Shown piece by piece: positions 19,757 through 29,441 of a stretch of 64,000 bases of DNA (the stretch's first letter is position 1; each line of letters opens with the position of its first letter). A program made the position numbers and the translations under genes. The stretch is from an uncultured delta proteobacterium (GTDB taxonomy: Bacteria; Desulfobacterota; Desulfomonilia; UBA1062), in NCBI GenBank assembly GCA_963785235.1, contig CAWAUM010000001.1, positions 640,001 to 704,000 on the forward strand, in the 5' to 3' direction. Below the pieces are notes generated by a model, which was not told the origin of the DNA, ran no database searches, and worked only from the letters and a program-made list of their open reading frames with translations.

Positions 19757-21280
19757 TTACTCCTGCTGCTCATTATGGCTGTTGGTGAGTGTCAGGAATA
19801 TCCCGGCGAGCATGGCATAGCCAAGTGCAAGGGTATAATGCACATGTGATGCTACTTTCCAGGGCAGATATACCTCACCCGTGGGCAGGACGGAATGGAT
19901 AATGCCGAACATGCTGAAAACTGCGCAGAGGAGGGCATACAGAGCGGCCATCCTGGGCCTGCGGTCAATGACAAAGGCCATCATGCCCCCCCAGAGCAGT
20001 GCTGTCATGATAAACCCGTTGCTGAGAACGGTCAGTGTCTGGAGCAGCACGCTCAGCCGCACCGGCAGCTTGTCCGGGGTGATACCGGCAGCACCCAGGA
20101 ACTGGCCGAGGATGATCATGATGAGGCTGGCGATAACGGGCAGAAAGCTGAAGCTTACCGCCTCTGAATGCTCGGGAGGGGATTCCCTGTATGCCTGCCG
20201 CACGATCTCGAAACCGATGAACATGAAGATCGGCGCCAGGACCGCACGCGGGATCAGGCTCACGATCAGTGAGAGCAGACCCACCAGCGAGCCCAGGCCC
20301 ACCAGCAGCCCGGTGAGCAGCGTATACCTCCAGGTGGCGCCCATCTTTTTGTAGGCCGGGTGGCCGATGTACGGCGTAGTCTGCGCCACACCGCCGAAGA
20401 AGGCGGCAATCAGCGAGGTCAGCGCCTCTGTCAAGAGGATGTCCCTGGTTTTGTAGTCGTCGCCTGCCAGCCGTGCGCTCTCGGTGTTGTTGATCCCGCC
20501 TATGATGGTCAGCAGGCCGAAGGGAATGGCTATGGGCAGGTACTGGATAGCCTTTGGCAGGTCATTCAGGAAGCCTGTGGAGAAGACCGGGATGCACAGC
20601 TTCATCTCAAAGGAAGGCTTGACGAATTCCGGGAGGTACCCGCTGTAACCCAAGATAAAATGCAGCGCAGTGCCCAGCAGCACGGCAGCCAGCACGCCCG
20701 GGATTCTGCCCGGGAGCTCGAGCCGGCCCAGGAGCACCGCGAAGATAAGCCCGAGGGCCACCATGCCCACCACGACCTCGTTGAAGATCTCTATCAGGGG
20801 CAGAAAGCCCAGCAGCATGAGGCCCACCCCGGCGATGGATCCCAGGAGACCGGCCGTGGGAATGATGCGCTGCACGAAGCCGCCCAGGAAGGAGGTGATG
20901 AGTTTGACAATGCCGATCATGAACAGGGTCGCCATGCCGATGTGCCAGGTGAGTTCGGCGTCGCGCGTGGCGATATAGGCCGGGCCCAGAACGGCATAGG
21001 CAAGGCCTATGGACGACGGGGTATCAAGGCCGAGCGGCATGGCGGTGACGTCGGAGCGCCCTGTCTTCTTCATGAGGCGCAGCGCCAGCCAGGTATAGAT
21101 GAGGTCGCCGAAGAGGACGCCGATGGCCGTACCGGGGATCATGCGTTTCAGAATGATCTCGGCTGGGTAGTTGAAGGTGAAGATCAGTATCGAGCTCAGA
21201 AAGACGAGCACCCCGAGATTGTCGAGAAAAAGGGCCAGAAAGGCCGTCGTTTCGCCCCCGAGGCTGTGTCTGTCACGCAT
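19757..21280 (-). CDS. NCS2/AzgA-like permease
   Basis: Many TM segments; 'TAMPLGLDTPS', 'NNTESA..AGD.Y', 'TTPYIGHPAYK.MGA'. Confidence 0.8.
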   Translation of the reverse strand: MRDRHSLGGETTAFLALFLDNLGVLVFLSSILIFTFNYPAEIILKRMIPGTAIGVLFGDLIYTWLALRLMKKTGRSDVTAMPLGLDTPSSIGLAYAVLGPAYIATRDAELTWHIGMATLFMIGIVKLITSFLGGFVQRIIPTAGLLGSIAGVGLMLLGFLPLIEIFNEVVVGMVALGLIFAVLLGRLELPGRIPGVLAAVLLGTALHFILGYSGYLPEFVKPSFEMKLCIPVFSTGFLNDLPKAIQYLPIAIPFGLLTIIGGINNTESARLAGDDYKTRDILLTEALTSLIAAFFGGVAQTTPYIGHPAYKKMGATWRYTLLTGLLVGLGSLVGLLSLIVSLIPRAVLAPIFMFIGFEIVRQAYRESPPEHSEAVSFSFLPVIASLIMIILGQFLGAAGITPDKLPVRLSVLLQTLTVLSNGFIMTALLWGGMMAFVIDRRPRMAALYALLCAVFSMFGIIHSVLPTGEVYLPWKVASHVHYTLALGYAMLAGIFLTLTNSHNEQQE

Positions 21281-21563
21281 AGTCCCTCCGCTAAGAAAAA
21301 GATTACATCAAGATTGACCGGAATGCCAGATTGATTGAAGGGGGCTGAATTCATGAGAAGATATCTCTGTCATCTCGAACAGAATTAGAGATCTGATTTT
21401 CGGGATCATCCGAACCAAGCGTTGTAAGTGTCTGTTCAAGACCTCACCTTTTGCGGGATTCGGGTATGGCAGCAAGGTTGAGTATTTTGCTTTTCAAAGA
21501 GCACTGCATTTGTTTTAATATATTCCAAATTGCCGTGATGCATGGAATAGTTATAGGACGCAT

Positions 21564-22760
21564 ATGAAAAACACGATTAGTTTAGCCAAGAGATCCGACG
21601 AAACGAAACAGGCCCCGGACAAAAAAATGAAGCTCTGGGGTCTTCCTGAAAAATTATCCTCGGGACTCACCGAGATCATCCTGCTCTTTCTCGCTTCACG
21701 AGTGGTTCTGACGATCGTAGGTGTTCTGTCAATCACCATCATTGGACGCAGGACGGGCGGCAGGCTGGAATGGGAACATCCTGTGTATAGCTGGCTTGAT
21801 ATATGGGGACAGTGGGACACGGGATGGTATCTTGATATTGCACAAAACTGGTATGCGGCACAGGCGCACTATCAGAATTACTGCAATTACGCCTTTTTCC
21901 CATTCTACCCGACCCTCATCAAACTCCTCGGCGCTGTCATAGGCAACCATTTTTACGCAGGCCTGATCATCTCGAATGTGTCGCTTCTGGGGGCTGCTAT
22001 CCTTCTTTACAAGCTCGTGGAGATTGATCATGACCAGGAGGTTGCACTTCGTTCAGTTAAATACCTGTTTATCTGGCCGACCTCCTTTATCTTGTCCGGT
22101 GTGTTATCCGAGGCCCTTTATCTGATTCTCGTAATCGGCTGCTTTTACTATGCACGTAAAGGTGCATGGCTTAAAGTCGGCATGGCCGGATTTTTCCTTT
22201 CACTGACAAGGGTCCCCGGCGTTTGCGTTGCCATGCCTTTGTTCTATGATTACATGAAAGAAAAGAACTTCAAGTTGAAAAGCATCAGGTTTGATATCCT
22301 TGCACTGGCCCTTCTGCCCTTGGGGTTACTGGTATTCAGCGTATATAACTATTATTTAACCGGAGATTACCTGGCCTTTGCCCATATTCAGCAGACAGGC
22401 TGGGGGCATCATTTCAAAAATCCTTTCAAGAGCTTGATAAATGGAATGTTCGGGAGTGAAGTAAGCCCCCGCATCGTTGTAGCTGCATGGTTTACCGGTT
22501 TCACCATGGCCTCTCTTGCCATTTTTTACCGGAGAATACCCACTTCCTACTTACTCTTCTGTTTCATATCTCTTTTTCTCCCCCTCACAAAAGGGTTGGG
22601 TTCCATGCCCCGTTACACGGTTGTCCTGTTTCCGGTTTTTATCCTGTTTGCGCTGCTGGGAAAGGATAAGAAGATGGATAACGCTTTAACGATCATCTTC
22701 GCCGTTCTGCAGGGATGCTTCATGATCTTCTGGAGCGTCGGGGATACTCTTATGATGTGA
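21564..22760 (+). CDS. GT-C fold (PIG-V/Mannosyl_trans2-like) membrane glycosyltransferase
   Basis: 'WDTGWYLDIA..WY', 'AFFPFYP', 'SEALY', 'AFAHIQ..GW', 'SMPRY'. Confidence 0.85.
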   Translation: MKNTISLAKRSDETKQAPDKKMKLWGLPEKLSSGLTEIILLFLASRVVLTIVGVLSITIIGRRTGGRLEWEHPVYSWLDIWGQWDTGWYLDIAQNWYAAQAHYQNYCNYAFFPFYPTLIKLLGAVIGNHFYAGLIISNVSLLGAAILLYKLVEIDHDQEVALRSVKYLFIWPTSFILSGVLSEALYLILVIGCFYYARKGAWLKVGMAGFFLSLTRVPGVCVAMPLFYDYMKEKNFKLKSIRFDILALALLPLGLLVFSVYNYYLTGDYLAFAHIQQTGWGHHFKNPFKSLINGMFGSEVSPRIVVAAWFTGFTMASLAIFYRRIPTSYLLFCFISLFLPLTKGLGSMPRYTVVLFPVFILFALLGKDKKMDNALTIIFAVLQGCFMIFWSVGDTLMM

Positions 22761-22852
22761 TGCCCTGTATCGATTGGTACAGGACCCTCTTTTAAGGCAA
22801 TCGCTATTTATCCTGCCCTTGGCAAGGTCAATATTTTTCGAGTTCAGGATTC

Positions 22853-24217
22853 TCAAGCTCGCAGGTTTGACGTTGACAACTTCCCCGCAACACGCCCGGC
22901 AATGTCCTGGCCTTCTCTAAAAAGGTTGTGTATCCAGAGATATTTAAACAATCCTATTCTCCCGGATATTTCCAGATTTTGAAAACGGGAGAGATATTCA
23001 AATATCGACAATACTTTTTCCTTATAATCCTTTTCCAGCACAGGGTATGCATTGACTATCCTTTCATCTGTGCACCCGATAATATCTTTGTCCCTGATAA
23101 GCCCGGTCTCAATGATCTGTTCCCGGACCTTCTTCATGAAATCAGTGTGATCTGCATTCCACTGCCACTCATGCTCGAAACATGGGACTTCCAATACGAA
23201 GGATGTCATTCCCTGTGGTGACATGGACCTGCTCCTGTTTTTAGGCTCATAACCTCTTGTAAAAATGAATCTGTCCGCAGGGAAATATATGGTTGCAGCG
23301 TTATTTATTTCGTTACCGCGAAGGAGAAACACGGCAAGCCTGATGTTCCTGAACTTCAACGACTTTGCCGTATCCAGGATATCCTGTGGAGGGGCAGGCC
23401 TCATCATGGTGATGAAATCAGCGATCGCCAGGGTTGATACGACCTGATTGATTCTGATGGGATCATGCCCGTTTATCATAATCCCTTCTATCCGGTTACC
23501 ATCATGTACGATGCCTGTTACCCTGCTGTTTAACCGGATATTCTCGAAACCTATGAATTGGGCTATCGCATCACTTAATTGTCCGATACCACGATCCGGA
23601 TAATAGAACTCGCCTTCATAATGCGCAGATTCTGCATATCTTCTCGAGATGAAATTCTTTAAAAGGGTGATGAGGGTCATATTCTTCAGCCGTTCACCCG
23701 AGACTTCCGGAGACAACATATTACAAGGCACTCCCCACAGTTTGCGGGAATAATTGAGAAGAAACCGTTCAGCTATGGACCTGCCGTAAGAAGAAACAGC
23801 AAAGCCTTCGAAATCGTCACTGCATCCTTTTTGGCAGCGGCTTTTTAAAAAATCCATGCCGGATCTTATGGTGAAACATTTATCCATTCTGGTAAAGACA
23901 TCCTGAAACTCCAGTGGGAAGGATAAAAACCGGCCGTTATCGAAGATTTTACTCGGGGCATTTATACGCTTCAGGCAGTCCCCTAAAAGATTTTTTACCT
24001 GCTCTGTGATCTCCTCATCCTTGTCATGTATCCTATGGGCGCCGGTATCAAACATGAACTCATCTATTTGTATTGTTCTGCAATTACCGCCCGGTTTATC
24101 AAGGGCATCAAAGACTGTTGATGGAACATCATTGAGTTTTAGGTAATAGGCTGCAGAAAGACCGGATATGCCGCCGCCTAGAATCAGAACATTCTTCTCA
24201 TATGGTGCTGTTTTCAC
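22853..24217 (-). CDS. FAD-dependent oxidoreductase (Glf/HemY-like family)
   Basis: GGGISGL dinucleotide motif, 'GGNCRT', 'FDTGAHR', 'AYPV', 'GRIGLFKY'. Confidence 0.85.
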   Translation of the reverse strand: MKTAPYEKNVLILGGGISGLSAAYYLKLNDVPSTVFDALDKPGGNCRTIQIDEFMFDTGAHRIHDKDEEITEQVKNLLGDCLKRINAPSKIFDNGRFLSFPLEFQDVFTRMDKCFTIRSGMDFLKSRCQKGCSDDFEGFAVSSYGRSIAERFLLNYSRKLWGVPCNMLSPEVSGERLKNMTLITLLKNFISRRYAESAHYEGEFYYPDRGIGQLSDAIAQFIGFENIRLNSRVTGIVHDGNRIEGIMINGHDPIRINQVVSTLAIADFITMMRPAPPQDILDTAKSLKFRNIRLAVFLLRGNEINNAATIYFPADRFIFTRGYEPKNRSRSMSPQGMTSFVLEVPCFEHEWQWNADHTDFMKKVREQIIETGLIRDKDIIGCTDERIVNAYPVLEKDYKEKVLSIFEYLSRFQNLEISGRIGLFKYLWIHNLFREGQDIAGRVAGKLSTSNLRA

Positions 24218-24324
24218 AATAGGTGTCCAATCCAGTTGTTGATAAGCATCTCAAAGAGATGATTATTGTCAGCAATTAACACCAACCTGATATAGAATAA
24301 CAAGGTTATAATTTGAGAATGCCT

Positions 24325-24778
24325 TCAGTTAAACAGGGTAAATTTCCTGACGAAAAAATTCCAGCAAAATACCAATATTGCAGCAATGATTTTAGATGCA
24401 AGATAATGTAAATGAGTCTTTTCCGTAAAGAACCACATGAATAATAAGCTCAATCCAAGCCCTGTCACTCCGATCATTCCGAAGATAAAAAACTCAATCC
24501 ATCGCGATTGAATCGTGCGTCTGTTGAAAACCCATACGATGCTGAAGGCATATTTGACACTGACTCCTATTGAATAACGCTATAGCTGCAGATACCAAAT
24601 AATAAACATGAAGGAATTCCGTAAGCGTGTACAGAGATCCAAAATCCGCTGCAAAGGCAATTCCTCCAACAAGGGTATAGCGAACTAACTGAATTAATGT
24701 ATTGTTCGATTTAAAGATAAAAAAATCATTGATCGTTTTCCTGATGAACAATCCAGAGGCAGTTGAAGATGGAGCCAT
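24325..24778 (-). CDS. GtrA-family flippase-like protein, frameshift near 24570
   Basis: '[17 protein letters not shown]'; shifted frame 'YAFSIVWVF...EFFIF..IG..GL...SKIIA...WNF..RK'. Confidence 0.85.
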
Positions 24779-24877
24779 GATTAACAAATCTCCCGATATA
24801 ACAAACAGATATTAATAAATCTCGTTATACTTATTTGAGTGATATTCGAATGTCAATTCTTAATCAGGCTGACCATG

Positions 24878-26816
24878 CTACAGCAAGGTTATTATATGGG
24901 CTATACCGCCTGCGACCACGAGGGCCACGGTGGTGTTCAGGGCGATGGAATACAGGGCGACCTTCCAACCACCCTCTTTCCAGAGGGTGGAAATGGTGGC
25001 CACGCAGGGGATGTAGAGCACGGTGAAGACCACGAGTACAAGTATCTGTCCGTGCGTCAGGATGGTCGAGACATCAGCAGTATCCAGCGCCTGGTTCAGC
25101 ATGAGGAGCGTGAGCTCCTTGCGGAAGATGCCGAGGAACAAGGTGATGCCGGTCTGGTCAGGGAGGCTCAGGATGCCCGAGGTGACGGGCGCCAGCAGGG
25201 CGTTCACCGGTTTGTCCAGCCCCACATGCGAGATAAAGGCAAGGGCCAGGCTCGAGACCACGATAACAGGCCAGGCAAAGGTGAGGAACTCCCTGAGCCT
25301 CCACCACACCTTTGAGGCCACCAGGCCGGGGTAGGGGCGCCGCAAAGGGGGCACGTCCATGATGATGCCGGGCGACATGTCCTTCTGCAGGCGCGACAGG
25401 GCAAACGATACCGCCAATGCCACCATGATGTTTCCGGCATAGATGGCAGTGGTGTAGACAGGGCCCAGATATTTGCCGGCAAGGGCCAGGATGATGACTG
25501 TCCTGGCCGAACAGGCGATGAACGGGATGATAAGCATGGTCAGCACCCGGTCGCGCTCGTATTCCAGGCCTCGGGCGGCCATGATGGCCGGCACGTTGCA
25601 CCCGTAGCCCAGGATGATGGGAACGGCCGATTTCCCGTGCAGGCCGAACCGGTGGAGGATGCCGTCCACCATGAAGGCGATCCTCGGCAGCAGGCCTGAA
25701 TCCTCGAGAATGGCGAGCAGGATGAGCAGGGGGACGAGGTAGGGCAGCACGATCCCCACACCGGAGACAAGTCCGTCATACAGCCCTGAGACGGCAACGG
25801 CGGCCAGCCCCCCGGTCATGCCCGTAAGCTTCAGCCTCAAGGCATCAAGCGGCGCTTCGATGAGGCCTGAAATGAAGTCCCCCATCTTGAACGATGCGAA
25901 GAACATGAAGAACAGCAGCCCGACGATTGCAACAAACCCGCCGATGGGGTTGATGATGAAGCGGTCGATGGTTTCCCTGATGTCGTGGCCGTGCTTGTGC
26001 CTCACCACGGCGACCTGTTCGAAGAGATCGAACACGTATGCGTGGCGGTGCGACGCGAACACGCCGGACTCGGGCCAGTTGTGCATCTCGGCCAGCTGCC
26101 GGCGCTTTTCAATGACATAGTGCAGGAATGGCTCGTCGGACTTTCCCACCGTGCGTTCGAATTCCTCATCCATCTCAAGGAGCCTGATGATCACGAACCG
26201 ATCATCCATGTCCAGGCTGTCCCTCAGGTGTTCCGGATAGCGTAGCGTGATATCGGCAATGCATTCTTCAACGTCACGGTCGTAAACGGGCTTTACCGGC
26301 TTGAACTCCTCCAGGGCCGCACTGAAGGCTGCCTCGAAGAGTTCGCGCACCCCGCTGCCTTCTACGGCTACGAGCGGGCAGGCCTTGCAGCCGGTCAGCG
26401 CGTTGAGTTTGGCAAGGTCGATCTCGATTCCCTTTGCCTGGGCCTCATCGAACATGTTCAGGCCGATCACCATGGGGATGTTCATCTCCAGGAGCTGCAT
26501 GGTGAGCTCCAGAGAGCGTTCCAGAAGCGATGCATCAAGCACGTTGATGATGACGTCTGCATTCCCTGAGAGCAGATAATCCCTAGCCTGTTTCTCGGCC
26601 ATGTCATGGGAGGAGATGGAGTAGGTGCCGGGCAGGTCGATGAGCCTTATTGTCCTGCCTTCGAAGTAATACCTTTGTCTCGGTGAATGTGACCGTGGTG
26701 CCTGCAAAGTTCCCGGTATTGACCTTGAAACCGGCTACTGCATTGAAAAGCGTGGATTTGCCGCAGTTGGGCTGGCCGGCTAGCGCAATGACAAGCTCGT
26801 CACGAGGGCTCTTCAG
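24878..26816 (-). CDS. feoB: ferrous iron transporter FeoB, frameshift near 26670; start approximate
   Basis: G1 'GQPNCGKSTLFN', 'GNFAGTTV', 'DLPGTYS', NMFD; 'LGYGCNVPA', 'CSAR', 'YIPCVAT'. Confidence 0.93.
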
Positions 26817-27102
26817 GGCTTACCTCCACTGTCCCGGCCATGCCGCGGCCGATCATGGTCCGTGCGCCTGAGGCCGTGTCTTCAACGAGCAGTGGTCCGT
26901 GAAAGGGCGCTGCCTTAATCAGGCGGATTATCTTCCCCTCGTGTATGCCGAACCCTGCCATGCGGGCACGTGCGGTTTTGCCGCCGTTGATCCCGGTGAC
27001 GACTGCTGTCTCGCCTTGCTTCAGATCCAATAACGTAAGTGGGTTCTTCTGCTGGGAGAATGGTTGATGTCTGTCGCATTGTGGTGTGAACCTTTCAATC
27101 AT
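26800..27102 (-). CDS. feoA: FeoA family protein
   Basis: 'LLDLKQGE..V', 'RMAGFGI..G', 'APFHGP', 'IGRGMA'; directly upstream of feoB. Confidence 0.9.
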   Translation of the reverse strand: MIERFTPQCDRHQPFSQQKNPLTLLDLKQGETAVVTGINGGKTARARMAGFGIHEGKIIRLIKAAPFHGPLLVEDTASGARTMIGRGMAGTVEVSPEEPS

Positions 27103-27171
27103 AGTATATGAGTCTTATTCGGCACTGACCGCACGGATGATTAACCGGGACAAGGGGATGTTTGCACCGCT

Positions 27172-27683
27172 TCATGCTTCACCTCCGTGATTCTGTTTGC
27201 TCCGGCAATCAGGGCACAATCCGATGAGCTCCAGGTGGTGGCTCTCCAGGATGAACCCGTGTTCCTTTGCCACCGCCTCCTGGAGGATCTCGATGGCCGG
27301 GTAGGAGAATTCCACCTTCATCCCGCAGTGCGAACAGACAAGATGGTCGTGGTGCTCGTGGTCCCAGATGTGCTCGTACCACACCCCGCCGGTGGTTGCG
27401 TCTTCCTGGATGGAGGCCCTTCGTATGATGCCCGCCTGGACGAGCAGCGCCAGGTTGCGGTACACGGTGGTCAGAGACAGGGTGTAACCCTGTGCATTGA
27501 GAAGGTCGAGCACGTGGTAGGGGTGGAAATGCCCGTCAATATTGCAAACAGTTCGCAATAAAGAGAGTCGTTCTTTTGTGAGTCTGCCGCCGCGTTGATG
27601 TTAGTATAGAGCTGAATTTAACAACACAATTACCATTAGGGGTGCAGGTTTTACATTCAGGCTTTGAGGTATTCTTGTTGCAT
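27172..27683 (-). CDS. Fur-family transcriptional regulator; N-terminus broken by frameshifts, start approximate
   Basis: 'GGRLTKER', 'TVYRNL..L..AG', 'HHDHLVCSHCG', 'GLCPDC'. Confidence 0.88.
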
Positions 27684-27731
27684 ATTAATACCAATAGAGG
27701 CTTATCAGGAGTCTGTCAAGCCCCCATTGGT

Positions 27732-28373
27732 TCATTGCTCATTTGAATCCTCGATCTTTACGATCTCCTTAAACAGGGGAAGGATGTCTTTCTCACTAAG
27801 TGTCCTGACCAGGTATGTTTCAAGAAAGCGCCAGATTTTTCTCCCCTGACCGACTACCCTGGACAGATTGACTGGAAGTGCAGATTTTCCTGATGAGCCT
27901 TGCCTTTCAATCATCTCCTGAGCATCCAGTATGGCTGAAGGCAGCTTTTTCCTATCGCCCACCGGGTCCAGGACGGACAAGCCGAGTAACATGGAATTGT
28001 CTTTTCCGCAAAAAATTGAACGGTAATCGTTTTTATAGAGCACAACGGGTTTCCCTGTGGCGAACGCAATGCCTGCCTCCGCCACGGCCCCTTCATCGGG
28101 TACCCTGCCGTTCATGTTGAAGACAAAGTATTCGCAGCGCTCCACGATCTGATAGACATCAAGTGCGAATATCGCACGGTTGATCCTGTCTTGCATCCCG
28201 AGGATATTGTTGTTTAACGGGGTGTTCACAAAGCCCAGGACGTACCGCTCAAGGCCGTCTCTGTGGGGAAGAAAAGTGCCGTAGCCGGCATCTTCAAGAA
28301 CCTTTGCTATGGCATTCATCCCGGCGATCTCTTCAGGGCAGAATAAGGGGCCTGAGCAATATACATTTTTCAT
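27732..28373 (-). CDS. nucleoside 2-deoxyribosyltransferase-like protein
   Basis: 'VYCSGPLF', 'TFLPHRDG', 'IFALD', 'PDEGAVAEAGIAFA.GKPV', 'NSML'. Confidence 0.85.
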   Translation of the reverse strand: MKNVYCSGPLFCPEEIAGMNAIAKVLEDAGYGTFLPHRDGLERYVLGFVNTPLNNNILGMQDRINRAIFALDVYQIVERCEYFVFNMNGRVPDEGAVAEAGIAFATGKPVVLYKNDYRSIFCGKDNSMLLGLSVLDPVGDRKKLPSAILDAQEMIERQGSSGKSALPVNLSRVVGQGRKIWRFLETYLVRTLSEKDILPLFKEIVKIEDSNEQ

Positions 28374-28406
28374 GATTTTCAGTATAATCTCATAAGCCCG
28401 GCCGGC

Positions 28407-29375
28407 TCAATCCCCAATGGTTTTTAAAAAGTGGAGAAACCCATATAAGGCTGATCCCCACAGGCCATTATTCTCATTTGTATTTAAATAAATCGGTAGT
28501 CGATCAAGATAAGGGCTCTTCAGGGTGGATGTAACAAATTCATTCCGGAATGTATCGTTATTCACCAGGAATGGATAGTTGCCTGCAAGGCCGCCTGTTA
28601 TAAAGAGCAGGCCTGCAGGTGATAGCTTGGACAAACAATAGTTGCGGCAAGATCTTGCATAGAACCTTGCAAACCACCTGGTAGTATCACTGTCGGGGGT
28701 GATCTTTCTTGCAACCTGGTCAGGGGTAAGGTCTTCACCGGTTAAGAAATTATGCAACAGGGCAAGGCCGGGGCCTGAAACAACGGTGTCTCCTGTGGGG
28801 TAGGGGATTGCATGTTTGTCCATGATAAATGCCCTGAAATCAAGTTCCTCTTTGTCAATAAAGGGATAAGGTATCTGGCCTGCTTCAGCCGCAATAGGAA
28901 TGTAGCCGCCAGTGCCGTCCGTTTTCAGATAACAATGCCCCAAGCCTGTTCCGGCACCCACAACAGCGATGTCGCATGGCATGCATGATGTCCCGTCTTT
29001 GATCTTTATCTGGTCATCAAGCGGCTTTGTTAAACAGCCATAGCCTTGTGCCATGAAGTCGTTGATAAAATATATCGGAAGGTTGAAGCAATTTTTAAGC
29101 TGCGCAATATCAATTGCCCACAATACATTCACCATTTCCACCCTGGTGTCATCGAGCACCGGTCCCGGTACGGCAATGACCAGGGCGTCACAATCGTGAA
29201 TAGTGAGTTCGGGGCAGTCTGTAACCTGCTGAGAGATTAACTCGTCAAAAGAACTGGCATCACCGGTGCGTAACCAGATACTGTTTATTAATGTCATTGA
29301 ATACCGGGAATGAGCCTCGAATATGGCAAACCTGCTATTGGTACCGCCGATATCTATGACAAATATCTTTTTCAT
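28407..29375 (-). CDS. glk: glucokinase
   Basis: 'DIGGTNSRF', 'AVPGPV', 'INDF.AQ', 'GAGTGLG', 'VSGPGL', 'GG.A'. Confidence 0.85.
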   Translation of the reverse strand: MKKIFVIDIGGTNSRFAIFEAHSRYSMTLINSIWLRTGDASSFDELISQQVTDCPELTIHDCDALVIAVPGPVLDDTRVEMVNVLWAIDIAQLKNCFNLPIYFINDFMAQGYGCLTKPLDDQIKIKDGTSCMPCDIAVVGAGTGLGHCYLKTDGTGGYIPIAAEAGQIPYPFIDKEELDFRAFIMDKHAIPYPTGDTVVSGPGLALLHNFLTGEDLTPDQVARKITPDSDTTRWFARFYARSCRNYCLSKLSPAGLLFITGGLAGNYPFLVNNDTFRNEFVTSTLKSPYLDRLPIYLNTNENNGLWGSALYGFLHFLKTIGD

Positions 29376-29441
29376 TTTTTCTCCGAATGTTTTTCTTACC
29401 TGAGTCGTTTATTTTATATCACAGGGACTTGAACAATTCTA

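Noticed and set aside
20360-21334. Long antisense ORFs (for example 324 aa here, and 37635-38369 and 41362-42060)
   Set aside because: Shadow frames opposite well-supported GC-rich genes, with no recognisable motifs
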